Positions 37,580 through 49,241 are shown, numbered from the stretch's first letter. The stretch: 64,000 nucleotides of DNA from Candidatus Latescibacterota bacterium (GCA_965208835.1 OZ242358.1:256001-320000), one strand, 5' to 3'. Numbers and translations: made by a program. The notes: generated by a model from the sequence alone, not told the origin.

Positions 37580-37984
37580 CTACTGTACCCCGATCCGCAG
37601 ACGGTTGACCGCCCGCGCCAGGGCCAACGTCGCCCGCGCCTCGTCGATCTGCTGATCGCGTTTTCGCGTCAGAATTTCCCGCGCGCGTTCTCTGGCGGCT
37701 TCGGCTCGGTTTACGTCAATATCCTGCGCGAATTCCGCTGTCTCGGCCAGCACGGTGACGCGGTCACGCTGCACCTCCGCGAATCCGCCGCTGATTGCGA
37801 CCGATTTCGGTCCCTGTTCTCCTTCGGAAAAGACCAACTCTCCAATGCGCAGCGAGGCCAGCATCGGATGGTGTCCCGCCAGCACGCCGAACCCGCCTTC
37901 GGTTCCCGGCGCCCGGAATTGCTCCACTTCGCCGGAGTAGACCGTCTTTTCCGGCGTTACAATTTCAAGCTGAAACGTCGGCAT
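37580..37984 (-). CDS. atpC: ATP synthase F1 epsilon subunit
   Basis: LEIVTPE, G.FGVLAGH.P, SGGFAEV, C-terminal helices. Confidence 0.95.
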   Translation of the reverse strand: MPTFQLEIVTPEKTVYSGEVEQFRAPGTEGGFGVLAGHHPMLASLRIGELVFSEGEQGPKSVAISGGFAEVQRDRVTVLAETAEFAQDIDVNRAEAARERAREILTRKRDQQIDEARATLALARAVNRLRIGVQ

Positions 37985-37997
37985 CGCGTTCCTGGTA

Positions 37998-39410
<1,413 letters not shown>

Positions 39411-39419
39411 CTATCAGCT

Positions 39420-39615
39420 AAAGGCGGGAAGACGTGAGACGGAAGAGGGGGAGAAAACCGGGTAGACGGGAGACGTAAGACGGTAGAAGATATCCTTGCC
39501 GACGAATTTATCCCTCCTTGCCTCCGGCACGAAAAGAAGCCTCACAAGGCAGGTAATCTCTACCCTCTACCGGCTCCCTTCTCACCTCTACCGTCTAACT
39601 TCTACCTTCTCACCC
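39420..39615 (-). repeat. Family A repeat (reverse orientation) inside the atp operon
   Basis: Near-identical to 17534-17690. Confidence 0.88.
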
Positions 39616-39619
39616 AAGA

Positions 39620-39798
39620 AAGAAGCTATCAGCGATCAGCCGTCAGCTTGAAGCAAAACCGAAAAACAAACGGCAAAACCCATCAAAACCAAATATCGTA
39701 AGACCGTTCGGGTTATGTCTTCCTCTCCCGTCTAACGTCTACCTTCTCACCACGTAAAAGAAGCTGACAGCCGTCAGCGGGCAGCCTAAAGCAAAACC
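39620..39798 (+). repeat. two direct copies of an AAGAAGCT-(TCAGC heptamers)-AAGCAAAACC motif
   Basis: Copies at ~39620-39660 and ~39758-39798; similar heptamer runs at 1876-1899, 8591-8620, 39409-39420. Confidence 0.65.
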
Positions 39799-39862
39799 AG
39801 GCAACAGAGGATCGACAAGACCACTGCAAACAGCCTGTCGCAAATTGCAACAGTAGCCGTCG

Positions 39863-40714
39863 CTAAGCGACGGCCTCGGCGCCGCCAATGATATCCATTA
39901 ACTCCAGCGTGATTGAAGACTGGCGCACCTTGTTCATCTCGCGCGTCAATTCTTCGATCAGGTCTCCGGCATTCTTCGTGGCGTTATCCATCGCCGCCAT
40001 GCGCGCGGCCTGTTCTCCGGCATTGGACTCCAGGAGTGCGCGCCAGACCTGGAAATTCACGTGTCTCGGAACGAGTGTCTCAAGCAATTGTTCCGGATCG
40101 GGCTCAAAGATGTACTCGCCGGCCGCGCTCTCTTCGTCGGTTTCCTCAGGCACAATCGGCAGCAGCCGGTTGATTGCCGGCTCCTGGCGTCCGAGGGAGA
40201 GGAACTCGTTGTTGGCGATCCACACCTGGTCCACGTCTCCGGACACAAATCGACCCGTCAGGTCCCGCGCGATGGTAACGGCCTGACCCAGATTCAGATC
40301 GCCGAACACGTCGAGGTATTCCCGGCTGATCTCATATCCGCGTTGTCGAAAAAAGTCGCGCCCCTTCCTGCCGATCGCAACCAGTTCGACGTCACCGTGT
40401 TCTTCGAGCTCCGATAGCACCCTCCGGCAGATTCCTGCGTTGAACCCGCCGCACAGCCCACGGTCCGCCGTCACCACGGCGACCGCAATCCGACCGGATT
40501 CCCCCTGCCGGAACAGGGGATGCCGGTCCGCGTCTATACTTGCGGTCAGCCGTTGAAGAATTCGGTCCAGTTGTTCGGCATAGGGCCGGGCGGCAAGGAT
40601 CGCGTCCTGGGCCTTGCGCACCCGGGCCGCGGCCACCAGCTGCATGGCGTGGGTGACCTTCTGGATATTCGTGACACCGGTCACCCGGTTTCGGAGTTGA
40701 CGCAATGTCGCCAC
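39863..40714 (-). CDS. atpG: ATP synthase F1 gamma subunit
   Basis: KVTHAMQLVAA, DRGLCGGFN, EQAARMAAM, RQSSITLEL. Confidence 0.96.
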   Translation of the reverse strand: MATLRQLRNRVTGVTNIQKVTHAMQLVAAARVRKAQDAILAARPYAEQLDRILQRLTASIDADRHPLFRQGESGRIAVAVVTADRGLCGGFNAGICRRVLSELEEHGDVELVAIGRKGRDFFRQRGYEISREYLDVFGDLNLGQAVTIARDLTGRFVSGDVDQVWIANNEFLSLGRQEPAINRLLPIVPEETDEESAAGEYIFEPDPEQLLETLVPRHVNFQVWRALLESNAGEQAARMAAMDNATKNAGDLIEELTREMNKVRQSSITLELMDIIGGAEAVA

Positions 40715-40733
40715 CGGCTACTCCTCCGTGCGC

Positions 40734-42254
40734 CTACGCCGACGCCTGAAAGCCGCGCTTGACACGCTCGATTGCGGCATCGATGACGCCCCGCGCCTCG
40801 TCGCTCAATTCTTCGCTGCCCGTAATCTCGTCCACCACATCCTGGTGGTGGTCGCGCATATGGGCAAGAACCTCAGACTCAAATCGTCTCACGTCGTCCG
40901 TGGGCAGTTCATCGATGCTCGCACCAACGGTAAGAGACACCACCTGCTCCCCGAGCGACATCGGCGCGTACTGGCCCTGTTTGAGAATCTCGATCAGTTT
41001 CTCGCCGCGGTTCAGCAGGTTGCGGGTGGCCGTGTCCAGGTCGGAGGCCCCGAATTGCGCAAAGGCCTGGACCTCGTTGTAGCGCGCGATATCGCCGCTT
41101 AAGGTAGCGGAGACCGCCTTCATCGCCCCGGTTTTGGCCGAGCTTACCCTGGAGACGGAAGCGCCCACGTCCATTGCCGGACGGATGCCCGAATAGAACA
41201 ACTCCGGCTTCAGCAGAATCTGCCCGTCCGTTATGGAAATCACGTTGGTCGGCACGAACGTGGATACGTCCCCTTCGAGGATCTCGATGACGGGCAGCGC
41301 CGTGAGAGAGCCACCGCCCTCTTCGTCGCTCAGTTTGCAGGCGCGCTCCAGAAGACGCGAGTGCAGGTAGAATACGTCGCCCGGATAGGCTTCCCGCCCC
41401 GGCGGCCGGCGCAGGACCAGGGCCATTTCACGGTATGCCCAGGCCTGCTTGGAGAGGTCGTCGTACACGATCAGCGCGTGTTCGCCCTTGTCGCGGAAGT
41501 GCTCGCCCATCGAACAACCGGCATACGGGGCCAGGAACTGAAGCGGCGCCGGATCGCTGGCCGTGGCCGAAACCACGATGGTGTATGGCAGCGCGCCGTT
41601 TGCCTCGAGCTCGGCGACGACCTTGGCCACGGATGACGCCTTCTGTCCGATGCCCACATAGATGCACTTGACGCCGCTGTCCTTCTGGTTGATGATGGCG
41701 TCCAGACCGATGGCCGTCTTCCCGGTCTGCCGGTCGCCGATGATCAGCTCACGCTGTCCGCGCCCGATGGGCGTTGCGGCGTCCACCACCTTGATTCCGG
41801 TCTGCAGCGCCTCTTCCACCGGCTGGCGCTGAATCACCCCGGGCGCAATCCGTTCCACGGGCAATGTCTGCGAGGTCTGAATCGGTCCCTTGCCATCCAG
41901 CGGTTCACCCAGAGGCGTAACCACTCGGCCCAGCAATTCGTCGCCCACGGGCACCTCGACGACGCGTCCCGTCCGCCTGACCTGGTCGCCTTCCTTGATT
42001 GCCGTGTCGTCCCCGAAGAGAACGCACCCGACATTGTCCTCTTCCAGGTTGAAAGCCATGCCCATGATGTTATCGGGAAACGCCACCAGTTCACTGGCCT
42101 GCGCGTTGCCCAGCCCGTGAACGCGCGCCACGCCGTCGCCCACCTGCAGCACGGTCCCGGTTTCGTAAACGTCAATGTCCCGTTCGGCCTCCAGAATCTG
42201 CTGTTTGAGAATATCGGAGACTTCATCGGGGCGAATCTGCAAGTTCATCGCCAT
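40734..42254 (-). CDS. atpA: ATP synthase F1 alpha subunit
   Basis: [27 protein letters not shown]. Confidence 0.97.
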   Translation of the reverse strand: MAMNLQIRPDEVSDILKQQILEAERDIDVYETGTVLQVGDGVARVHGLGNAQASELVAFPDNIMGMAFNLEEDNVGCVLFGDDTAIKEGDQVRRTGRVVEVPVGDELLGRVVTPLGEPLDGKGPIQTSQTLPVERIAPGVIQRQPVEEALQTGIKVVDAATPIGRGQRELIIGDRQTGKTAIGLDAIINQKDSGVKCIYVGIGQKASSVAKVVAELEANGALPYTIVVSATASDPAPLQFLAPYAGCSMGEHFRDKGEHALIVYDDLSKQAWAYREMALVLRRPPGREAYPGDVFYLHSRLLERACKLSDEEGGGSLTALPVIEILEGDVSTFVPTNVISITDGQILLKPELFYSGIRPAMDVGASVSRVSSAKTGAMKAVSATLSGDIARYNEVQAFAQFGASDLDTATRNLLNRGEKLIEILKQGQYAPMSLGEQVVSLTVGASIDELPTDDVRRFESEVLAHMRDHHQDVVDEITGSEELSDEARGVIDAAIERVKRGFQASA

Positions 42255-42275
42255 AAGTGTCTACACCTCGGTTGT

Positions 42276-42343
42276 CAGCCCGTTGAAAAAATCCATCCGG
42301 TCTGCGGCCGCCTCGCCTGCAGAGCAGCTTTCTCAGCGGACTG
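42276..42343 (-). mobile_element. Family C MITE, 68-bp deleted copy, abutting the atpH stop codon
   Basis: CAGCCCGTTGAAAAA...TTTCTCAGCGGACTG. Confidence 0.75.
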
Positions 42344-42889
42344 CTATGATAAACCCGAAACCAGCCTCTGGCGCATCCGGTTCAACTGCGCTTCGAGGGT
42401 TGCGTCGAATACGTGGTCGCCCATCCTGGTTACAAAGCCCGCTCTGAGTCCCCGGTCGATCTCGACGTCCAGGCGTACCTGCTTTCCGGACCAGGCCGAC
42501 AACCGCTGCGCGAGCCTTGCCCGCTGGTCCTGAGAGAGTTCCTGCGCCGACCGTACGTGTGCGGTGATCAGACCCCGTTGCTCGTCCAGGAGCATCAGAA
42601 ACGCCCGAATAATCCCGTCGAGACCCCGTTCGCGCCGTTTGTCGCACAGCAGCAGCAGGAAATTCAGGGTGAGATCCCCGATCCGGCCGGAAAAAAGCCT
42701 CCGGACCGCCGCGCGCTTCTGTTCCGGGTAAATCAGGGGGTCACTGAGAAAGGCGCGCAGGTCTTCCGATTCCCTGATCAGGTTCAGAAGGCCCTCCAGG
42801 TCCTCGCGCACCCGGTCCAGCGCGTCCCGCTCTTCGGCCGCCTGGATGAGCGCCCTGGCATAACGCATTGCGACGGGGGTTTCGTTCAA
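42344..42889 (-). CDS. atpH: ATP synthase delta subunit
   Basis: VAMRYARAL, NFLLLL..KRR, operon position. Confidence 0.93.
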   Translation of the reverse strand: MNETPVAMRYARALIQAAEERDALDRVREDLEGLLNLIRESEDLRAFLSDPLIYPEQKRAAVRRLFSGRIGDLTLNFLLLLCDKRRERGLDGIIRAFLMLLDEQRGLITAHVRSAQELSQDQRARLAQRLSAWSGKQVRLDVEIDRGLRAGFVTRMGDHVFDATLEAQLNRMRQRLVSGLS

Positions 42890-42904
42890 GCTTCGCTCCG
42901 GAAA

Positions 42905-43402
42905 TCAGTTTTGTCCATTGTCAGGAGTGCTGTCGATGAATTCGTCGACAAGCTTCCTGTTCCTGGCGTTGTCCAGGTTTTCGTCCAACACCTTGCCGGC
43001 GGCTTCGATGGCCAGGCCGGCGGCGTGCGTACGAAGTTCCTGGATCGCCTGCTCCTTCTCCTGCCGAATCGTTCGCCGGGCCTGCTCCAGCATCTGCCGG
43101 GCCTCGTCCGAAGCGCGTTGACGCACTTCCTGGGCTGCACGCTCTGCCGCCTCCCGTCCTTCCAAAATGGCCTGTCGCGCCTCGGCCTGGGCCTGCTCCA
43201 TTGCGCGCCGGTTTTCTTCAGCCGCACTCTGGGCTTCCTCCCGGGCCTTTTCCGCCTGGTTCAGGGAATCCCGAATACCCCTTTCACGCTCGTCCAGCAT
43301 GGCCAGCAGCGGTTTCCAGGCAACCGCCCTGAGAACAAGCAGCAGCAGGACGAAGGTAACGATGGTCCAGAACATCAGACCGGTATCGACATTCAGCAAC
43401 AT
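42905..43402 (-). CDS. atpF: ATP synthase F0 b subunit
   Basis: N-terminal TM, AWKPL, coiled coil. Confidence 0.94.
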   Translation of the reverse strand: MLLNVDTGLMFWTIVTFVLLLLVLRAVAWKPLLAMLDERERGIRDSLNQAEKAREEAQSAAEENRRAMEQAQAEARQAILEGREAAERAAQEVRQRASDEARQMLEQARRTIRQEKEQAIQELRTHAAGLAIEAAGKVLDENLDNARNRKLVDEFIDSTPDNGQN

Positions 43403-43443
43403 ACCCGTTCCTCTGGTTTAGACGTCCTCAACGGTATGCGTAC

Positions 43444-43695
43444 TCAGCCGCCTTTTGTCGCCAGAAGGAAGCAGACCACCTGCCCGAAGAGGGCCACACC
43501 CTCTATGAAGGCTGCGGTAATGATCATGGAAGTCCGGATATCGCCGGCTGCTTCGGGCTGCCGTGCGGTGCCCTCCACGGCCATGCCTGCCAGACGTCCG
43601 ATACCAATTCCGGCGCCGATCGTTACCAGCCCCGCGCCAATGCCGGCGGACAAATAACCGTATGCTTCAGCCGCCACGGATGCCACGTCTGCCAC
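43444..43695 (-). CDS. atpE: ATP synthase F0 c subunit (H+-type motif)
   Basis: GxGxGxG, RQPE, FIEGVALF. Confidence 0.95.
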   Translation of the reverse strand: MADVASVAAEAYGYLSAGIGAGLVTIGAGIGIGRLAGMAVEGTARQPEAAGDIRTSMIITAAFIEGVALFGQVVCFLLATKGG

Positions 43696-43722
43696 AACAC
43701 ACCTCCTCCGCTAGGAAGTTAA

Positions 43723-43907
43723 GAAGCTGTCTTAAATTTCCAGCGGTCTTCGCGCGGCTGCAATAGCGCCGGTCGGCGTTGGTCAAATCCACCCGTCTTA
43801 CGAGATCGAGGCTGCGCTTGCTCGCCTCTCATAGACGGATTCTCCCGCCTTGACCGCCACTTTTTCGCTCGCGCTCGGGAACTCACCGGTAATTTTAAAA
43901 CAACTTC
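43723..43907 (+). mobile_element. Family B MITE-like element, subtype B2
   Basis: GAAGCTGTCTTAAA...TTTTAAAACAACTTC; lies between atpB and atpE. Confidence 0.85.
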
Positions 43908-43947
43908 CAAGGGTTTACGATGAAGCGTTGACAACGATTTCCAACGA

Positions 43948-44748
43948 TCAGTGATCCTGATGCACCGCCATCCCGATGAAGACGGCGGACAACATGGTGA
44001 AGATATACGCCTGCACCAATGCCACGAAGATTTCGAGCAGGTAAATCGCCAGCGCGAACAGTACGGACACGGGCGCGACGGCATACGACTTGAACATGAA
44101 GATCAGCCCCAGCAACGCCAGGATGATCACGTGTCCGGCAGTCAAATTGGCAAAGAGACGAATGCAGAGGGCGAACGGCTTGGCAACCAGTCCGATGAGT
44201 TCGATCGGGATCATCAGAAGCGTGATCGGCAGGGGCAGCCCGTGGGGGACCAATCCCTTGAAATAGCCCAGAAAGCCGTTGTGAAGAATGCCGCCCATCT
44301 GAATGACGAGAAAGGCGCAGATCGCCAGCCCGGCGGTTACGCTCACATTACCGGTGGCGGTCGCGCCATAGGGTACGAGGCCCAGCAGATTGCAGGTCAG
44401 GATGAAGAAGAATACGGTAAAGAGAAAGGGTAGAAACCGTCCGGCTTCCTTTGCTCCGATGTTGGGAACGGCGACTTCATCCCTGATAAAAACGACGACC
44501 GATTCCAGGAGATTCGCAAATCCGGTGGGTACCAGGCCGCGACGCCGGGTCGTCCTGATGAAGACCCACAGGAGAAACCCCGCCGCAATCCACATCATGA
44601 CCACGTGCCGGGTGATGGACACGTCGACGCCGAACAGCTCGAAACGGGGTATTTCGACATGAAGAAAGGGCAGGTGGAGCTCTGAAGAATCGAGCAGATG
44701 CTCCATGATGTAGTCTTTTTTGCCTTCCGCGGCACTTTCCGAAGCCAT
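43948..44748 (-). CDS. atpB: ATP synthase F0 a subunit
   Basis: NLLGLVP, RLFANLTAGH, QAYIF. Confidence 0.96.
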   Translation of the reverse strand: MASESAAEGKKDYIMEHLLDSSELHLPFLHVEIPRFELFGVDVSITRHVVMMWIAAGFLLWVFIRTTRRRGLVPTGFANLLESVVVFIRDEVAVPNIGAKEAGRFLPFLFTVFFFILTCNLLGLVPYGATATGNVSVTAGLAICAFLVIQMGGILHNGFLGYFKGLVPHGLPLPITLLMIPIELIGLVAKPFALCIRLFANLTAGHVIILALLGLIFMFKSYAVAPVSVLFALAIYLLEIFVALVQAYIFTMLSAVFIGMAVHQDH

Positions 44749-44752
44749 TGAA

Positions 44753-45157
44753 TCAGACCCTCTCTCGAGTATCCCGCCGAACCGCGGCGCGCTTCACGAA
44801 GAATCGGATTTCCAGAATCTGAAAGAGCAGATAGGACAGAAACAGTGAGAAGACCAGACCGTAAACCGACAGCGCCGTGAATTTGATCAGCAGCACCAGC
44901 CCGACGCAGACGACCAGCATCCGAACGACCATTCCGCCCAACAGCGCTTTCAGAAAGACCGATTGCGGCCGGTCGAACGACCAGATGGCCGAGAGCCCCC
45001 CGGCCAGCGCGTTCAGTGCGCCGATCCCGCACCCGACGGCCGCCGCCCGGACCATGTCAACACCCCAGTTGACGTATAGCGGGTATCCGCCCAGAATTGC
45101 CGCCGCGATCAGGACAGCCCCGACCTGTCTTGCAAATCGGAGGAATTCGGTTCTCAC
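44753..45157 (-). CDS. atpI: ATP synthase protein I-like membrane protein
   Basis: Four TM segments, RM motif, position before atpB. Confidence 0.7.
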   Translation of the reverse strand: MRTEFLRFARQVGAVLIAAAILGGYPLYVNWGVDMVRAAAVGCGIGALNALAGGLSAIWSFDRPQSVFLKALLGGMVVRMLVVCVGLVLLIKFTALSVYGLVFSLFLSYLLFQILEIRFFVKRAAVRRDTRERV

Positions 45158-45174
45158 GTCTCACCTCCGGACGG

Positions 45175-45426
45175 CTATTGGCGGTCCTGCTTTTCGCGTT
45201 CCTGGAGTCGCATTGCCGTTCTGTACAGGTTCAGGAACCCGACGGCGATTCCCAGAGCCAATCCCGCCAACATCAGGTACGGGGCCGTGCCGAGTTTGCC
45301 GTCCAGCCATTTTCCGGCAAAGAGACAGAGAATGAAAGACGCCGCAAACTCGACTCCAAGATTCAGATAAGGGCCTGCTTTACGATAGGCCGACGCCAGA
45401 CCCTGATGTTTTTTCTCCTCCGCCAT
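45175..45426 (-). CDS. atpZ: AtpZ/AtpI family protein
   Basis: G.WLD.KLGT.P...L.GL.LG. Confidence 0.85.
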   Translation of the reverse strand: MAEEKKHQGLASAYRKAGPYLNLGVEFAASFILCLFAGKWLDGKLGTAPYLMLAGLALGIAVGFLNLYRTAMRLQEREKQDRQ

Positions 45427-45490
45427 CGATCAACGGACTGTTAGGCATCTGTGCTGAAATATCCTCGTACACAGCAAGTATCAAGGATGG

Positions 45491-46939
45491 TTATGTTCCA
45501 ATGAGGTTGTCTACCGTCTGCCTGGCCAGTTCCAGAAATCGTGACGGAGCCAGGCCGATATACAGGGTTGCAAGGGACGTCACCACGAGCGCGGTTCGTG
45601 CGAGCGCCGGAAACGTCCCCACCGGCTTTTCGTCGGCGGGCTGTCTCATATACATGCTGACGACGACCCCAAGATAGAAATAGACAGAAATCAGGCTGTT
45701 GAGCACGCCGATTATGGTGAGCGAGACCAGGCCGGCGTCAATCGCCGCACGGAATATGTAGAACTTCCCGAAGAATCCGGCAGTAGGCGGCAGACCCGCA
45801 AGCGAGAGCATAAACAGCGTCATCGTCAGCCCGAGGGCCGGATGTTTGAAACCCAGCCCCGCGTAATCCGTTATGTCGAGGTTCTCTTCGCCCTTCCGCG
45901 CAACCAGAATCACGACTGCGAAGGCGCCAATGTTCATAAAGGTATAGGCAAGCAGATAGAACAATGCGGCCGAAATCCCCTTGCCGCTGGCCGCGGTGAG
46001 CGCAACCAGCACGTAACCGGCATGGGCGACGCTGGAATAGGCCAGCATTCGCTTGATGCTGCGTTGCCCCAGCGCGCTCAGGTTTCCGACGGTCATGGTC
46101 AGCGCGGCCAGGATCCAGAGCACCGCCGTCCACTCTGTCTTCAACGATTCCAGAGATACCATCAGCACGCGCAGGAATGCAACGAAGGCCGCCGCCTTGG
46201 GCCCGGCCGAGAGAAAGGCGGTCACCGACGCGGGCGCGCCTTCGTAGACGTCGGGCGCCCACATATGGAACGGAACCGCCGCCACCTTGAACGCGAACCC
46301 CACGACCAGCAAGACCATTCCGGCATACAGCATCAGCCCGCCGCCGTCAACGCGCCGCACAATCATTGCGCCTACCTGTTGCAGGCTGGTGGAGCCGGTC
46401 GAACCGTAAATCAGGGCAATCCCGTAAAGCAGAAACCCGGTCGCGAAAGCGCCCAGCAAAAGGTATTTCAGAGAGGCTTCATTGGAGAGGGAGCGCGAAC
46501 TGAGGAATCCAACCAGGATATAGAGCGACAGAGACATCAGCTCCAGCCCCAGGAAGATAACGATCAGGTCCGTCCCCGCGGCCATGAGCATCATGCCCAG
46601 GGTGGCCGTCAGCAGCAGGAGATAGTACTCACTTCGGCTGCCCTGTTCCCGCCTGAGGTAACCCGTGGAGACAAAAATGGTCAGCGCCGTGCCAACCGTA
46701 AATATGATGTTGGAAAAGAGCGCAAAGTTGTCCAGCGCGAGCATCCCGCCGAAGGCCTGCTCGGACCGCCCCCAGAGTCCCGCGCAGGCGACCGCCGCCA
46801 GGCCCGTTCCGACAATGGCCGCGTATGCCGCTGCCTCCCCCCGATTTGCCGGTCGGACAATGTCGATGCACAGGATCAGCAGCGCACTACCCGCGACGAT
46901 CAGCGAGGGAACGAGTACAATCCAGTTCAGGTCAGGCAA
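45491..46939 (-). CDS. nuoN: NADH-quinone oxidoreductase subunit N
   Basis: GLELMS, EASLKY, FKVAAVPFHMWAPDVYEGAP, KRMLAYSS. Confidence 0.95.
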   Translation of the reverse strand: MPDLNWIVLVPSLIVAGSALLILCIDIVRPANRGEAAAYAAIVGTGLAAVACAGLWGRSEQAFGGMLALDNFALFSNIIFTVGTALTIFVSTGYLRREQGSRSEYYLLLLTATLGMMLMAAGTDLIVIFLGLELMSLSLYILVGFLSSRSLSNEASLKYLLLGAFATGFLLYGIALIYGSTGSTSLQQVGAMIVRRVDGGGLMLYAGMVLLVVGFAFKVAAVPFHMWAPDVYEGAPASVTAFLSAGPKAAAFVAFLRVLMVSLESLKTEWTAVLWILAALTMTVGNLSALGQRSIKRMLAYSSVAHAGYVLVALTAASGKGISAALFYLLAYTFMNIGAFAVVILVARKGEENLDITDYAGLGFKHPALGLTMTLFMLSLAGLPPTAGFFGKFYIFRAAIDAGLVSLTIIGVLNSLISVYFYLGVVVSMYMRQPADEKPVGTFPALARTALVVTSLATLYIGLAPSRFLELARQTVDNLIGT

Positions 46940-47094
46940 CGCAGTGGTCCTCGGTGAAAATTATTAGCGACATTAATTAACGGGGATGCGATAAAAAAGT
47001 CAAGCCTAAAGTTCGAAATTGGCGCGCAGGCACGATATTGCGGGATGACACAGCTGTTTTGCGGAACGGAAAACGTATATAACTAACAGTGTTT

Positions 47095-47112
47095 ATGTTA
47101 CTTATGTAACAT
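47095..47112. promoter_or_regulatory. perfect palindromic operator-like site in an AT-rich spacer
   Basis: ATGTTAC-TTAT-GTAACAT. Confidence 0.55.
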
Positions 47113-47128
47113 TTAGGCTTCCCGGACG

Positions 47129-48817
47129 TCAGAAGCAGAAGATCATGAATGCGGCCAGAAAGACTGTCACGACCAACACGGCAGTACCCGTCGTCCAGGA
47201 TCGACCCAGAATGCCCTGGGGACCGTGGTATTGACGGCAGCCGGAAACGGCTGCCGCGACCAGCGCCTTTCCGCCCTCGAGGATCGACCTTCCGGCGGAA
47301 CCACCCGACCGCGCCATAACCCGGACGATGCCGGGAAGCAGCCGTCGATACACCCAGTCGGTATCCAGGTTTACGGACCGGTGTACCGCCGGATAAATTC
47401 CCGTACGCTTCAATACAAGGAAGGCCAGGGCGGAGAAAAACAACAATTGGAACTGCGTAACCAGGTGGTTCGCCGTGTAGGGTTCGTAATTCACTTCGTA
47501 GGGCAGAATCCCGTAGAGTAGCTTCGGAATGATGCCTATCAGGACACAAATTGCGGCTGCGGCGCCCATTGCGATGCGCATGTTCAGAGGCGCCTCCCTG
47601 CAGCGGATTCCCGAATCTGCGGAGAAGAAGGCAAGGTAGGGGATCCTGATGCCTGTATACAGCATTACGCCCGCCGAAGCGAATAACAACGCCAGCCAGG
47701 TCAGGAAGTAGTGTCCATCGGCCACCGCCCCAAGGATAAACGATTTGCTGACAAAGCCGTTGAAGAACGGGACGGCCGAAATCGACGCCGCGCCGACGAT
47801 GCAGAAAACCGCCGTCAGAGGCATGGACCGGTAAAGCCCGCCAAGTTCCGATGCCCTGGCCGTACCAGTACGAAAAAGCACTGCACCCATCGTCATAAAC
47901 AGCAAGGCTTTGTAGATGACGTGGGTGGCGGCGTGGGCGGCCGTTCCGTTCAGGGCCATCTGCGTCCCGATCCCGACTCCGACGACCATGAATCCCAGCT
48001 GGATGTTCAGGCTATAGGCCAGCACCCGCCTGAGGTCGTTTTCGATGACCGCGTAAAACATGGGAAACACGGTCATCGCGGCGCCAATCGGGATCAGGAT
48101 TTCCGTACCGGGAAAGCCCCGGGCAAGCGCGTAGACCGCCAGCTTGGTTGTGAAAGCGCTCAGGAACACGGTCCCGGTAACCGTCGCCTCCGGATAGGCG
48201 TCAGACAGCCAGTTGTGGAGCAGGGGAAACGCGCATTTGATCCCAAAGGCAATGAAGACGAGCGTCGTGCCCAGACCGTTCAGTCCCAACGCTTCAAATG
48301 CGATAGACCCCGTCTCACGCAAATGGATCAGAATGCCCGCCAGCAGAATCATGCCCGAGCAGACCTGCACGATCAGATAGCGCATTCCGGCGGCATAGGC
48401 GCGGTTGGTTCGGCGGCTCCAGATCAGGAATACGGAAGAAATCGCCGACAGTTCCCAGAAGACGAACAGGGTAATCAGATCGCCCGCGAAGAGGGCGCCG
48501 ACGGCGCTGCCCGCATAGAACAGGCCCGCGACGTGCTGCGCATTGTCCTTCACGTGCAGCGCATAGATGACGCCAAGCAGGGCGGCGATATGGAAGATGT
48601 AGCCGAAGACAAGGCTGAGGCTGTCGATGCGCACCAGCGTAAGGGAATAGTCGAAGATTCCGATCCTGCAGTATTCCCCCGGGTTGAGCCCGAGCAGATG
48701 GGCAAGCCCGGCAACCGGAAGCAGCAGCATATAGGCCGATTGCAGGCGCCCGCGCAGTAACGGTATCAGCAGCGACCCGATAATCAGGATCAACGCCGGC
48801 GGCAACTGGTCAATCAT
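47129..48817 (-). CDS. mrpD: Mrp-type antiporter-like subunit (MrpD/MrpA-like) with C-terminal lateral helix and TM
   Basis: FWE, PLLHNWLSDAYPEA, TK, RRVLAYS, H...KALLF, LDTDWVYR tail. Confidence 0.85.
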   Translation of the reverse strand: MIDQLPPALILIIGSLLIPLLRGRLQSAYMLLLPVAGLAHLLGLNPGEYCRIGIFDYSLTLVRIDSLSLVFGYIFHIAALLGVIYALHVKDNAQHVAGLFYAGSAVGALFAGDLITLFVFWELSAISSVFLIWSRRTNRAYAAGMRYLIVQVCSGMILLAGILIHLRETGSIAFEALGLNGLGTTLVFIAFGIKCAFPLLHNWLSDAYPEATVTGTVFLSAFTTKLAVYALARGFPGTEILIPIGAAMTVFPMFYAVIENDLRRVLAYSLNIQLGFMVVGVGIGTQMALNGTAAHAATHVIYKALLFMTMGAVLFRTGTARASELGGLYRSMPLTAVFCIVGAASISAVPFFNGFVSKSFILGAVADGHYFLTWLALLFASAGVMLYTGIRIPYLAFFSADSGIRCREAPLNMRIAMGAAAAICVLIGIIPKLLYGILPYEVNYEPYTANHLVTQFQLLFFSALAFLVLKRTGIYPAVHRSVNLDTDWVYRRLLPGIVRVMARSGGSAGRSILEGGKALVAAAVSGCRQYHGPQGILGRSWTTGTAVLVVTVFLAAFMIFCF

Positions 48818-49055
48818 AATAGTCTTCCTTGCGTCGGAGAATCACGCGCAACCCTCTGGCTGCCAGCACGAACACCACACAGGCGGCAAACCCGTACCAC
48901 GCATGAAACCCGATCCACTCCTCAACCTCAAAATGGCCATATTTTTCCAGGAAGAGATCTACCGCCAGCAGCAGGACGCAGACCGCGTAGAACGCCAGGT
49001 GGATTTTCTTTGAGTTGCCCGGTTTGTCCGGCCGGCTTTTCTTTTTTTCGTCCAT
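48810..49055 (-). CDS. small 2-TM protein of Mrp clusters
   Basis: GFHAWYGFAACV...LRRKEDYYD; overlaps the next gene start. Confidence 0.75.
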   Translation of the reverse strand: MDEKKKSRPDKPGNSKKIHLAFYAVCVLLLAVDLFLEKYGHFEVEEWIGFHAWYGFAACVVFVLAARGLRVILRRKEDYYD

Positions 49056-49081
49056 GGTCTCTTCCGTCAGGGATGGGCTAT

Positions 49082-49241
49082 CAGCCCGTTGAAAAAGCCC
49101 GTCCTGGCTGCGGCCGGCCCTTGCGGTCGAAATACCGCGTTGCGCTCCCTCGCCGAATCGCAGGATGGGACTCGGTTGCGCGCCTTGTCTTCGGCCACAA
49201 TGGTTCGGCCTCGCCTGCAGAGCGACTTTATCAACGGACTG
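49082..49241 (-). mobile_element. Family C MITE, longest copy (160 bp), CTAT target duplication
   Basis: TIRs CAGCCCGTTGAAAAA / TTTATCAACGGACTG with CTAT on both flanks. Confidence 0.88.

Noticed and set aside
43444-43695. Na+-translocating ATP synthase
   Set aside because: Subunit c has IEG rather than the E-S/T plus Gln Na+-binding signature, and the operon has atpH and standard order (not an N-ATPase).
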